Source: an uncultured virus (IMG/VR IMGVR_UViG_3300013382_000009) (taxonomy: Duplodnaviria; Heunggongvirae; Uroviricota; Caudoviricetes). Taken from it: a DNA stretch of 20,000 nucleotides. The notes under the pieces are model-generated. The model did no database searches. It had not been told where the DNA came from and worked only from the letters and a program-made list of their open reading frames with translations. The stretch lies in IMG/VR virus record IMGVR_UViG_3300013382_000009; one strand, given 5' to 3'. Below are positions 7,868 through 17,184 of this stretch, one piece after another; the first letter of the stretch is position 1; every line of letters begins with the position of its first letter. Made by a program: the position numbers and the translations under genes.

Positions 7868-9574
7868 CTAGGCTGCAATGAGCTGACCCGAGAAGATTTC
7901 CCATTTACCACCCTTGTAGATGTAGATGTTTTCCTTCTCGTACTTTGTGCTACCACTATCCGATGTCGTGTCGGTATAATCGGCAGTCAAAGCTACAATC
8001 ATACCCTCATGTGGTGTCTTAGGGAGCGTGCTCAAAGAAACGATGTTGTTGATAACACCAGCTGCACCAAGCGTAGAAATCTTGTTCTCTGGACCTACGA
8101 GAATGCTGTTGTAGCCACGGAGAGCTACGCAGTCAGCCTCCCAATGCATGTAACGCTTAGCCAAACGTGGATCGTAACCATCCTTAGAAAGGTCGTTGGT
8201 CTTCTCCTTGCCCTTCTCCTTGACGTAGTGGCGAGCACCCTTGAAGTCAGCGCCAATCATGCAGTCCTCCAAATCCATGTAGTCGAGTGTGCTATCCCAA
8301 GCAAAGTTGAGCGTACCATAACTGCACTTGAAGCGGTTGAAGGTAATATCGAACTCCTTAACTGTATCGAACATTACATCACGACCCTTTGGAAGTTCAA
8401 TCTTCATCAGTCGCTCAATGGCGTTCTTACCGCAGAAGAGATACATTTCATCAGACTCGGCAAAGTCGGTGAACATCAACTTGGCGATGGCGATAAGGTC
8501 GGCGAAGGTATAGGTATCTCCGATGCCATAAGAGTTGGTCAACTGATTGATGATACCCTCGGCAGAATAAGCATATTCCTGTGCGCCGTCCTTGGTCTCC
8601 ATCAAGAACTTCAATTTGGTGCCATAGAGATATGTGCGTTCCTGACGAAGCAAGAAGTTAGTAAGAGCATTCTCCTTCATGTCAGCAACGGTGTGAGGTG
8701 CCTTCTTCTTAATCTTCTCAAACTCCTCGGTGAAGATGATGGAGAATGCACGTTTCTGCAAGTACACCTCCTCTGAACGAGGCTGGTAGTTCTCTGGCGG
8801 AACCTGCATCTGGCTCTCAGAGAGGATGGTTGAGGCGCAGAGAATGCGACTGTTGGCAGGAATTGCAGGACAACCCATCGTGTCGAGTGTCTCACCGATG
8901 GTGCCTTCTGCCTCGGCTGGACCATTGAGTGCCTGCAAGGTGACCTCGTCCTTGGTCTTGTCGATAACCAAGAGATTCAAGCGACCCTTCAACTTGGTCT
9001 TAGAACCTTGAGCGTAACCAGCTACAGAAGGAACGATAACGGTACTACCCTTGTAGAGAGGGAGCAGAGAGCCTGAGAAGTTAGACTTGCTGAGTTTGAT
9101 GACACTACCTGCGCCTACAGCTGTAATTTCCTTAGTAGTCATACCGTCAAGTGTATCACCACCGACACGTGCGTGCTTCTTCTCGTAGCCATTACAAGGA
9201 ACCGTCTTGGTAATCTTGCGGATAATCTGCAACAATGGAGTCTTGAAAGGACGATACTTCTCTACCTCACTTTCCCAATCCTCTTCGGCAAGTCCACCCT
9301 TGCGAATCTGGGTTGCGGAAGCCTGTGTGCCAGTCAAGTCCTGACCCTCGGCTTTGCCTCCAGGCGCAATTAAATCTGACTTATTTGTGTCAACAGGCTC
9401 GGTAGCTGCATCTTCCTTGGATGAAGGCTCATGACCCTCATCGCCTATTTGCGTAGTTGGCTCGGCTGTATCAGCCATTGCCATCAAGCCACCGCCAGTG
9501 ACCACAGCAAGAAGCATCAGAATCATCTTACAGATGAACTGACCACTAGAAAAATAATTAATTACTTTCTTCAT
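7868..9574 (-). CDS. Major capsid protein (HK97-fold inferred, SU10/DUF5309-like), with N-terminal hydrophobic leader
   Basis: 568-aa ORF directly after the scaffold-like gene. PFKTPLLQII, EEVYLQKRAFSIIFT...KENALTNFLLRQERTYLYG, EGIINQL, MYLFCG and FKCSYGTLNF occur in the order expected for HK97-type capsids. Confidence 0.8.
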   Translation of the reverse strand: MKKVINYFSSGQFICKMILMLLAVVTGGGLMAMADTAEPTTQIGDEGHEPSSKEDAATEPVDTNKSDLIAPGGKAEGQDLTGTQASATQIRKGGLAEEDWESEVEKYRPFKTPLLQIIRKITKTVPCNGYEKKHARVGGDTLDGMTTKEITAVGAGSVIKLSKSNFSGSLLPLYKGSTVIVPSVAGYAQGSKTKLKGRLNLLVIDKTKDEVTLQALNGPAEAEGTIGETLDTMGCPAIPANSRILCASTILSESQMQVPPENYQPRSEEVYLQKRAFSIIFTEEFEKIKKKAPHTVADMKENALTNFLLRQERTYLYGTKLKFLMETKDGAQEYAYSAEGIINQLTNSYGIGDTYTFADLIAIAKLMFTDFAESDEMYLFCGKNAIERLMKIELPKGRDVMFDTVKEFDITFNRFKCSYGTLNFAWDSTLDYMDLEDCMIGADFKGARHYVKEKGKEKTNDLSKDGYDPRLAKRYMHWEADCVALRGYNSILVGPENKISTLGAAGVINNIVSLSTLPKTPHEGMIVALTADYTDTTSDSGSTKYEKENIYIYKGGKWEIFSGQLIAA

Positions 9575-9604
9575 CTTTTACTTATATTTATGGATTAATA
9601 TTAC

Positions 9605-10396
9605 TTAATAGGTAAGACCCTCAAAGAAACCGCTCTTCTTTTCGCTCTTCTTGGTCGCTGGCTTGTTACCTGCACCAGAGCTAGAGAGTGAAGGAGGGAT
9701 GCCCTCGGAAGCGGACGAGCGAACCTTATTCTGAATCTTCTCGTTTCGAGCTTGCATGGCAGCCTCGTCTCGGGCGGAAGAAATGTCGGAATCGTAATTG
9801 TTGGCATTGTGAAGCATCTTCCAAACGTCATCGGGAATGTCGCCGCTCTCCACTTGGTCGTGGATTTCGTAAATCTGGCTCCACATGTCCTGTGCCTCGT
9901 CTGGGTAAAGCTTAATAAGCCGCTGCAAGGACTTCTTCATGTTCTCGCCCACTCGCTCGGAAGCCTCGTTCTGTTCCGTTACTGCCTCGTTGTGCTTGGT
10001 GAGAATGTCGGCGAGTTTCTTGCCACCCTCAGGATCATCGAGTAACGTACGAATGTCAATGCCCAAGCGAGCCATGGCATCAAAAGGATTATCCTCAGGA
10101 TTCTTTTCCATATCCATGGCGAGAGCTGCCAACCACTTGTGCTTATCGAACACCTTGGAAAGTGCCTGACCGCTCTCCTCATAGCGAGAAAGAAGGTCGG
10201 CATCATCATTCATTGCACCATAGCGTGCTTCCTTATCCTCGAAGTCAACATCTGAGTGTCGCTTGGCGAAACGCTTGGAGAACGCCGTGCGGTTAGGTCG
10301 CTCATCTGCTGGAGGTGTAGATTCGGAAGACTGAGCAGGTGCAGCAGCCTCGGCTGTACCATCTGCATTCTGTTTTGCTTTTTCTTCTTCTGTCAT
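9605..10396 (-). CDS. Putative capsid scaffolding protein
   Basis: 263-aa acidic, helical protein with disordered termini and a basic/aromatic C-terminal tip (KKSEKKSGFFEGLTY), immediately upstream of the capsid gene. Confidence 0.7.
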   Translation of the reverse strand: MTEEEKAKQNADGTAEAAAPAQSSESTPPADERPNRTAFSKRFAKRHSDVDFEDKEARYGAMNDDADLLSRYEESGQALSKVFDKHKWLAALAMDMEKNPEDNPFDAMARLGIDIRTLLDDPEGGKKLADILTKHNEAVTEQNEASERVGENMKKSLQRLIKLYPDEAQDMWSQIYEIHDQVESGDIPDDVWKMLHNANNYDSDISSARDEAAMQARNEKIQNKVRSSASEGIPPSLSSSGAGNKPATKKSEKKSGFFEGLTY

Positions 10397-10449
10397 TTTT
10401 TTTGAATCAATTATCTACTATCGTAGAAATTAAACATTTAAATTTGCCG

Positions 10450-10493
10450 CAAAGATGCAAAGAAATGAAAGGCATTTTACCGATACCACGATT
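10450..10493 (-). promoter_or_regulatory. Putative late promoter for scaffold/capsid/tail operon
   Basis: Minus strand reads CGTGGTATCG (10490-10481), a 23-nt spacer, then CATCTTTG (10457-10450), one mismatch from the Bacteroidota -7 consensus TAnnTTTG. Confidence 0.75.
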
Positions 10494-10519
10494 CGCAATT
10501 ATGGGTAATCGTGGTATCG
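10481..10519. repeat. 13-bp perfect inverted repeat formed by two back-to-back promoter motifs
   Basis: cgataccacgatt (10481-10493), a 13-nt spacer, then aatcgtggtatcg (10507-10519). Confidence 0.95.
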
Positions 10520-10550
10520 ACAAAGAAAGGTTCAAATTGGGGTATTTTTG
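10503..10550 (+). promoter_or_regulatory. Putative late promoter for portal/terminase operon
   Basis: GGGTAATCGTGGTATCG (10503-10519), a 23-nt spacer, then TATTTTTG (10543-10550), a perfect TAnnTTTG, 30 nt before the portal ATG. Confidence 0.8.
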
Positions 10551-10580
10551 CGCAATATTATTAATAATGTGTAAGAATAT

Positions 10581-12599
10581 ATGGCAAAAGCAAGATTACT
10601 GACACTCAGCGAGGTGATGCCACAGCATAACAAGTACGACTCGGTGAAGGCTCGCAAACGCCGACAAGAGCACGGCAAGGACTGGGAGCTTCTGACCCGA
10701 TGCCGAAATGCTTGGAACAACCTTAGCGGTGTGCGTGAGACCAGAGCGAGAACCATGAGATACTGCAACGGTGACCAATGGAGCGATACCATCAGAGTGT
10801 ATCACAACGGCTATTGGGAAGAAATGAGCGAGCGCACATATATGGAGAAGCGCAACCAGACCCCGATGAGCAACAACATCATGGTGAGCATCTTGGAATC
10901 AATCACAGGTCTATATGCCAAGCAAGGCACAGAGCCTGTCTGCTTTGCGAGGGACAACGACTCCAGACAACTGAGCGACATGATGAGCGCCACGATGCAA
11001 TGCAACTGGCAGACCACAGGCATGCAGGACTTACTGAACCACTTTGTAAAGGACTACCTGCAAGGAGGAATGATGGTGGCTAGGGAGAGCTGGGAGGACA
11101 GGGAGCTGGAAATGCCCGACTCTTGGACAGACATGATGGAGCCGGACCATGTATTTTTCGAGTGCGGAAGCGACCCAAGACACAACGACATCAGCTTGAT
11201 AGGATGCTTGCACGATGTAAGCCGAGAAGACCTTTACCAGAAATTCGCCAAGCAGGAATATGGCTTGACGGAAGATGACCTGAATGTAATCTTCGATATT
11301 CATCAAGCAGAGGATTATGGCTACGGATATGAGTTTAACGAGGAGAAGGACTTAAACAACCTCAGCTTTGATTTCTCCAACAAGGGAAGACACTATTCGA
11401 GGGTGATTGAGGTTTGGACGGCTGAGACCAAGCCAAGGCTGCAATGCTTCGACCCGATAGCCACTAGTACTAACAATGCCTACTTCCGCATAGACCTCAG
11501 TGATACGGCTATGATAGCCAAGCTAAAAAGCGACAACGAGAAACGCAAGCAGCAGTATGACGAAATGGGCGTGCCCGAGAACGAGCGAGCCTATATCAAG
11601 TCGGAACCCATCGCCGATAAGTATTGGTTCTATACCTTCATGGCACCAGACGGAACCGTGCTCTGCCAAGGAGAAACACCCTACGACTACAAGAGCCATC
11701 CTTTCACCATCAAGCTCTATCCATACATCAACGGCGAGATTCACCCATTTATGACGAACGTGATAGACCAGCAGCGATACATCAACCGATTGATCGTGAT
11801 GAACGACATGGCTATACGCAGCAGTTTCAAGGGATTCAAGATGATACCTACCACCGTGCTGAACGGCAAGAGCCCGCAAAAATTCATGGAGGAGGCAGTG
11901 GAATACGATGGATGGATATTCTACACGCCTAAGCGAACGATGCCGAACGTGAAGCCAGAGATTATCACTTCGAACGCCGTGAACATAGGCACAAACGAAC
12001 TCCTACAGATAGAGTTGAACCTTATCAGGGAGGTGACGAACGTGAGCGGTGCCTTGCAGGGAAAGACCCCAAGCGCAGGAACTTCGGCGGCAAGATACGC
12101 ACAAGAAAGCCAGAACGCAACCACCTCGCTCTTCACCATCCTCTCTGACATGGAGATATTCACAGAAAAACTGGCAATGAAGAAATGTTCCACCATTCAG
12201 CAATATTACGAGGACGGAAGAAAGATTTTCGACAAGGACGGTCTGAACATCTATAAGTACGACCGACTTTCTGCTAGGGATATTCACTTTAAGATTAGCA
12301 TCAAGAACGCCGCTGCCACGGCTGCATACAACACGATGCAGAACGATGAGCTAAAGGAATTGCTCGGCATGGGTGCCATCAACCTTGTGCAGTACTTGCA
12401 GAACGTGAACGAGCCATACGCCGACAAGTTGCTGGCTAGCGTGCAGGAGCAGCAGGCTCAGCTGGAACAGATGTATGCACAGCAACAAAAGATGGCTATG
12501 CAGCAAGGCGGCGGACAGGTGGACGAGAACGGCATTGTGCAGGGCGCAGACCAGAACGCCGTAAATCAATTCTTCAATGGTTACAATCAAGTAGCATAA
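10581..12599 (+). CDS. Portal protein (P22-like)
   Basis: 672 aa with motifs RYCNGDQW, NNIMVSILESITG, IDQQRYINR and IREVTNVSGALQG..SGTSA-like, plus a Q-rich C-terminal helix. Located upstream of terminase. Confidence 0.88.
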   Translation: MAKARLLTLSEVMPQHNKYDSVKARKRRQEHGKDWELLTRCRNAWNNLSGVRETRARTMRYCNGDQWSDTIRVYHNGYWEEMSERTYMEKRNQTPMSNNIMVSILESITGLYAKQGTEPVCFARDNDSRQLSDMMSATMQCNWQTTGMQDLLNHFVKDYLQGGMMVARESWEDRELEMPDSWTDMMEPDHVFFECGSDPRHNDISLIGCLHDVSREDLYQKFAKQEYGLTEDDLNVIFDIHQAEDYGYGYEFNEEKDLNNLSFDFSNKGRHYSRVIEVWTAETKPRLQCFDPIATSTNNAYFRIDLSDTAMIAKLKSDNEKRKQQYDEMGVPENERAYIKSEPIADKYWFYTFMAPDGTVLCQGETPYDYKSHPFTIKLYPYINGEIHPFMTNVIDQQRYINRLIVMNDMAIRSSFKGFKMIPTTVLNGKSPQKFMEEAVEYDGWIFYTPKRTMPNVKPEIITSNAVNIGTNELLQIELNLIREVTNVSGALQGKTPSAGTSAARYAQESQNATTSLFTILSDMEIFTEKLAMKKCSTIQQYYEDGRKIFDKDGLNIYKYDRLSARDIHFKISIKNAAATAAYNTMQNDELKELLGMGAINLVQYLQNVNEPYADKLLASVQEQQAQLEQMYAQQQKMAMQQGGGQVDENGIVQGADQNAVNQFFNGYNQVA

Positions 12600-12602
12600 A
12601 GT

Positions 12603-13118
12603 ATGGCAGGAATCATTCAAACGATAACAGTAAATTACAGCGACCTCAAAGACGAGGTAAGAAGAAGCCTCTCAATTATCGGAAAGAGGACGGCAGACAA
12701 GCAGGGGAATATCTTGTTTGCAAGTGTAACCTTGACTACAGCCGAGGAAGACATCCTGAAGTCGTATCTAAAAGAAGCCATGGAGTCTTTCGTAAGCAAC
12801 TTTTCCGACTTGGCAATTTGCTATATGGATAACGACTTCAATGTAAACATCGTGCTGACTCGCCGAAGGGCTAAGACAGGGCTTGTCGATGCCATAGCTA
12901 GCAATTTCAAAAGCTATGCTTCTTCCTATGTTACCTATCAAGTAACCAGTGTAACTGCACCAGATATAGCCAAGAAATATGCAGAGAGTATGACCGATAA
13001 GCTGAATGAGGCTATCAAGCTGATTTATGCAGTAGAGCCACCTTCGCCTAGCGGCAAGACCTTGCTAGATATGACAGGGGAAGTGATATTGGATAACAAA
13101 CCAGTGGTATTAAAATAA
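12603..13118 (+). CDS. Putative ring/adaptor protein 1 (171 aa)
   Basis: ORF 3 nt after the portal gene, with a helical pattern shared with the next two genes. Confidence 0.55.
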   Translation: MAGIIQTITVNYSDLKDEVRRSLSIIGKRTADKQGNILFASVTLTTAEEDILKSYLKEAMESFVSNFSDLAICYMDNDFNVNIVLTRRRAKTGLVDAIASNFKSYASSYVTYQVTSVTAPDIAKKYAESMTDKLNEAIKLIYAVEPPSPSGKTLLDMTGEVILDNKPVVLK

Positions 13119-13127
13119 GTAAAGACT

Positions 13128-13919
13128 ATGATTATAAAATTTCAAATCGTAAAGTCGGCAGTCCTCAACGAGGTCAAGAACGCCACCTTCTTGAAAGCAA
13201 AGGTGGACGGTGCGACCGATGACAAGGCTATCAAGCTAAGTTTTAACGAGGCAGCAGGAACGGAAGACGTGCATGAGCAGACCCTTACGCATGACTTCCA
13301 GACAGCCCTAGAAATGGTGAAGACCATCCTCGCCGACTACATCGTATCGAACGAGCAGACCATGGGCGACAACATCATCTACTACAACGACAAGACGGAC
13401 GATGTGGTGGAGTTTACGCTGAACGCCTCTAGAAGATGCAACGGAACGCTGACCGACACGCTAGCCAGAATGGTAGCCAAGTATGTGGAGGACTACATGA
13501 TATTCCAGTGGTGGGTGAAGACCACCAATCAGAAGCAAGCCGAGCCATACCAAAGTTTCATGACGATGGACGAGCAAGCCATCAGAAGATGCTTTGTGCT
13601 GAGTGGTCCAGTGCTGCCAACGGTGCCTTACACACAACATCTTTCCGCCAAGGTGGATGGTAGCGATGCGGACGGCGGAATCACTATTCGCATAGACGAG
13701 GATGACGTAACCCTGTCTTACAGCATAGACGATGGAGCCATAGATGATATTGAGGCACGAAGCAACGACAATAGCATCTTGGAAGTTCACCGCATACAGG
13801 AACCTCAAGCCTTCTGGTTGAAGCCAAAGAACACAGGCGTGGCATACGTAACATTGTTCTCCAGACACAGCGACAAGCTGAGCGTGGAGGTGGAAGTAAC
13901 CGTAGCAAAGGAGGTATAA
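13128..13919 (+). CDS. Putative ring/adaptor protein 2 with C-terminal Ig-like domain (263 aa)
   Basis: Shares the helical N-terminal domain of its neighbours. The C-terminal SNDNSILEV...KPKNTGVAYVTL...VEVEVTV resembles a Big_2 Ig-like domain. Confidence 0.55.
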   Translation: MIIKFQIVKSAVLNEVKNATFLKAKVDGATDDKAIKLSFNEAAGTEDVHEQTLTHDFQTALEMVKTILADYIVSNEQTMGDNIIYYNDKTDDVVEFTLNASRRCNGTLTDTLARMVAKYVEDYMIFQWWVKTTNQKQAEPYQSFMTMDEQAIRRCFVLSGPVLPTVPYTQHLSAKVDGSDADGGITIRIDEDDVTLSYSIDDGAIDDIEARSNDNSILEVHRIQEPQAFWLKPKNTGVAYVTLFSRHSDKLSVEVEVTVAKEV

Positions 13920-13920
13920 T

Positions 13921-14529
13921 ATGGAATTTAACCCATTGCACCCAACGCATATTTTGAGAGAGCGAGGATGGAAGCAAGAGCCTAACCCATTCTTACCTCG
14001 TCCGCCGAAACCTGCACACATCTACTTTGACAAGCATATTTTCATCTATGCCAACCAAATATGGTACGACATTGATGCCACCACGAATATGATTGGCAGG
14101 GCGAGACGGGGAAGCGACTCAAAACAGGATGAGATTATCCCGACTAGCGAGAACGACAAGGAGCGACCGATATTCTACCGATGGTTCGACAAATATCTTA
14201 AGAAGGTGGAAGGGATGCTTTCTGCCTACATCATGAAGCCAGAAGGCAGGGTGAGAGACAACGCCTTGAACGAATGGGAAGAGAAGGAAATGTGGCTGAG
14301 GATGCCCGACTCTTGGGACGATGCCCGATTTGACGAGCTGGTGCAGAACATTCACCATTATATTTCGACCGGTGCTCTGTATGAATACTTTATGCTCACG
14401 CTGACAAGCAAAGACCCTCTGACTGCCGACAAGGCTCAGCAACTGGCAGATGACGAACTCGACATCATAGATGCGGCTAACGCCACCAAGGCAGGAAGCT
14501 TGGTGCATCCGATGAAACCGTTCGGGTAA
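13921..14529 (+). CDS. Putative ring/adaptor protein 3 (202 aa)
   Basis: ORF 1 nt after the previous stop, with the same pattern (ELVQNIHHYISTGALYEYF). Confidence 0.55.
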   Translation: MEFNPLHPTHILRERGWKQEPNPFLPRPPKPAHIYFDKHIFIYANQIWYDIDATTNMIGRARRGSDSKQDEIIPTSENDKERPIFYRWFDKYLKKVEGMLSAYIMKPEGRVRDNALNEWEEKEMWLRMPDSWDDARFDELVQNIHHYISTGALYEYFMLTLTSKDPLTADKAQQLADDELDIIDAANATKAGSLVHPMKPFG

Positions 14530-14565
14530 TGTTTAGTGTGTAGTGTTTAATGTTTAATTAGAACG

Positions 14566-14961
14566 ATGGATGATTTCGATTTTCAGACCGTAAGGGAACT
14601 TAAGAAGGAAAGGGCAGAAAAGGCAAAGGCTGTACTACCTGTAAAGAAGAGCGCACAGAAGGAATTTCTGCGTGACTTCTTGGCTCGCCATCAAGAGAAA
14701 TTTGAGGAGAAGATGAATGAGCTAGCCGAGTACGACCCTAAGACCTACGTAACCATCTACAAGGACTTGATGAAGCACATGATACCAAAGCAGAGCGAGG
14801 TGAGCGTGACGCATGGACTGGATGAGGACTTCAAGCAGCTTGCTGCGATGGGTATGACGAAGGTGAGCAACGACAAGGCTCTGGACATGGAGAGCGTACC
14901 TAAGATACAGGACGCTGACTTTGAGGAGCTAAATGACTTGGGAAATGGCACAGGTAACTGA
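14566..14961 (+). CDS. terS: Putative terminase small subunit
   Basis: 131-aa helical protein (DPKTYVTIYKDLMKHMIPKQSEVSVT) that overlaps the TerL start. The call is mainly positional. Confidence 0.6.
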   Translation: MDDFDFQTVRELKKERAEKAKAVLPVKKSAQKEFLRDFLARHQEKFEEKMNELAEYDPKTYVTIYKDLMKHMIPKQSEVSVTHGLDEDFKQLAAMGMTKVSNDKALDMESVPKIQDADFEELNDLGNGTGN

Positions 14962-17080
14962 AAAGGAAATAGATGACCTCGTACTGGAGAACCGAGCAAG
15001 GTACGAAGAGATATACGGAACTTATAATCCGTGGACAGGTGAAAACTGCTACGACATGGAGCACAGGGAACTGTTGGAACTGCCCGACTTCATGATCAAG
15101 AAGATGTGGGTACCAAGGGAATGTATGCGTACCTTATTATATAGGGGACTCAAACAAGTGGGCAGCTTGAAGCAATACATCATACAGGTGTGGGGACGAG
15201 AGTATAACGAGAAAAGCTATTACACCAAGCAGCTCATTATGGTGCTGACCTTCGAGATTATGAAGGTTAGATTCAGGGAAGACCCCGAGTTTGCGCTATA
15301 TGCGACCGACAAGATTGAGGATAAGGTGACAGGTAACATGATACCTTTCAAGCTGAACTATCCTCAGCGAAAGCTATTGAAGATATTCGAGGACTTAAGA
15401 ACGAGTGGAGCCGCTATCAGAGTGGTGATTCTGAAAGCCAGACAGTGGGGAGGCTCTACCTTGACCCAGCTCTACATCAAATGGCTGCAAGACTTTCGCC
15501 GAGACGGATGGAACGCCATCGTGCTAGCCCAGCAGAAGAACACGGCGAAGAAAATCAAGGCTATGTATCGAAAGGCTCTGGAGCATCAACCAGGGTGGAC
15601 ACTCGGACACAGCGGTGCGAAGCTGCAATTCTCGCCTTATGAGAACTCGCCTGACGACTTCCAAGTTACGGATGGCATAAGGGCGATAAGACGAAGCACC
15701 CTGACAGTGGCATCCTTCGAGAACTTCGATTCGGTGCGTGGTAGCAACTTCCACTGCGCCCACTATTCGGAGGTGGCTTACTGGAAGAAGACCCCTGAGC
15801 ACGACCCTGAGGGCGTGATTTCGTCTATCTCTGGTGGTATCAGAAACCAAGAGGACAACTTGGAGGTATTCGAGAGCACAGGAAAGGGTAACTCGGGATT
15901 CTTCTACGAGAAGTGCCAACTTGCCATGGACCCGAAGAACAACGATGCTTACTCCTTCCTCTTCATCCCTTGCTTCTTCATAGAGCACGACATGGAGGAA
16001 GTGAAGGACGAGCGAGCCTTTGCCCGATGGCTCTTGCAGAACAGAGACAAGACCACCAACCCTAAGGGCTACCGAGAGACAGGCAAGTTCTTCTGGAGAA
16101 TGTGGGAGAAGGGCGCTTGCTTCCAAGCCATCGAATGGTACAGGAATTTCCGCAACAAGTTCACCACTCATTCCTTCTGTGCCACCGAGGCACCAGTAGA
16201 TGAGGAAGATGCCTTCCGTAACTCTGGTAACTTGGTATTCAATCCTTATTCGATAGACGACCTACAGAAGAAGTATAAGCGTGAGCCTCTCTATACGGCG
16301 GACATCATGGTGAATACAGCAGTGAAGAACGACCAGACCATCGCCAAGTCGAAAATCAGCATACGAACCGACGGCATGGGCGACTTGAAGATTTGGGCGG
16401 TTCCAAACGTGCTGCAAGTAGAAAACAGATATGTGGTAAGCGTGGATATTGGCGGAAAGAGCACGACATCGGACTACACCGTAATGACCGTGATAGACCG
16501 TTTTGGCATGATACCGACCATCAAGGGCAAGCCTAGGGTGGTGGCTAGGTACCGAGGTCACGTAAGGCACGACAAGCTGGCATGGATGGCTGCGGCTCTG
16601 GCTCACTACTACGATGATGCCATGCTGGTGATTGAGAGCAACACTGCCGACCGAGAGAAGAACAACAACACGGAAGGCGACCACTTCGGAAGCATTCTGA
16701 ACGAGATAGCGGACTACTATGATAACCTGTATCAGCGCACAACCAGCCCAGAGGACGTGAGTGATGACGTACTGGCTAAGTATGGATTCCAGACCAACAA
16801 GCTAACCAAGGGATGGGTAATCGACAACCTAGAGCAATTTGTGGACGATATGCTTTGGGATGAGCCTGACAAAGAAATGTATCATGAGCTGAGAATCTAT
16901 GAGCGACATGACGATGGTAGCCTTGGCAATATCGTAGGCAACGGAAACCACGATGATGTATTGATGAGTACAGCCATCGGTCTCTGGGTTAGTGCCAACG
17001 ACATGGAGAAACCTCAATGGAAGAAGAAAGACAAGTTGAGTTACGGAGGCGATGGTGTTCACTCGGTAGCCAAGATATAA
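14945..17080 (+). CDS. terL: Terminase large subunit
   Basis: Walker A ILKARQWGGST, Walker B AHYSEVAYW, coupling motif FESTGKG, and nuclease motifs VSVDIGG..SDY, VIESN and HDDVLMS. The start is either 14933 or, more likely, 14945 (MAQVTEKE). Confidence 0.95.
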   Translation: MAQVTEKEIDDLVLENRARYEEIYGTYNPWTGENCYDMEHRELLELPDFMIKKMWVPRECMRTLLYRGLKQVGSLKQYIIQVWGREYNEKSYYTKQLIMVLTFEIMKVRFREDPEFALYATDKIEDKVTGNMIPFKLNYPQRKLLKIFEDLRTSGAAIRVVILKARQWGGSTLTQLYIKWLQDFRRDGWNAIVLAQQKNTAKKIKAMYRKALEHQPGWTLGHSGAKLQFSPYENSPDDFQVTDGIRAIRRSTLTVASFENFDSVRGSNFHCAHYSEVAYWKKTPEHDPEGVISSISGGIRNQEDNLEVFESTGKGNSGFFYEKCQLAMDPKNNDAYSFLFIPCFFIEHDMEEVKDERAFARWLLQNRDKTTNPKGYRETGKFFWRMWEKGACFQAIEWYRNFRNKFTTHSFCATEAPVDEEDAFRNSGNLVFNPYSIDDLQKKYKREPLYTADIMVNTAVKNDQTIAKSKISIRTDGMGDLKIWAVPNVLQVENRYVVSVDIGGKSTTSDYTVMTVIDRFGMIPTIKGKPRVVARYRGHVRHDKLAWMAAALAHYYDDAMLVIESNTADREKNNNTEGDHFGSILNEIADYYDNLYQRTTSPEDVSDDVLAKYGFQTNKLTKGWVIDNLEQFVDDMLWDEPDKEMYHELRIYERHDDGSLGNIVGNGNHDDVLMSTAIGLWVSANDMEKPQWKKKDKLSYGGDGVHSVAKI

Positions 17081-17084
17081 GAAG

Positions 17085-17123
17085 AATCCCCACCATGCTA
17101 TCACAGCTGAGTGGGGATTTTGT
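17085..17123. terminator. Intrinsic terminator between convergent terL and lysis operons
   Basis: aatccccac (17085-17093) pairs with gtggggatt (17111-17119), followed by T-rich sequence, 4 nt after the terL stop. The minus strand also reads TTCTTCTT after the stem, so it may be bidirectional. Confidence 0.75.
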
Positions 17124-17184
17124 TATGAACAACATAAATTTAAAATAAATAAACAATCTTTCAACAAAACAAGAAAAACAACTA

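Noticed and set aside
10481..10519. Invertible promoter (phase-variation inverton)
   Set aside because: The spacer is only 13 nt and contains no promoter, and no recombinase is in the window. A third solitary copy at 18990-19000 with the same spacing to a -7 box is better explained as a factor-binding site.
14528..14560. Intergenic short repeats (tgtttag/tgtgtag/tgtttaa) before terS, as a possible pac or regulatory site
   Set aside because: Low-complexity, short and unsupported by any other evidence in the window.
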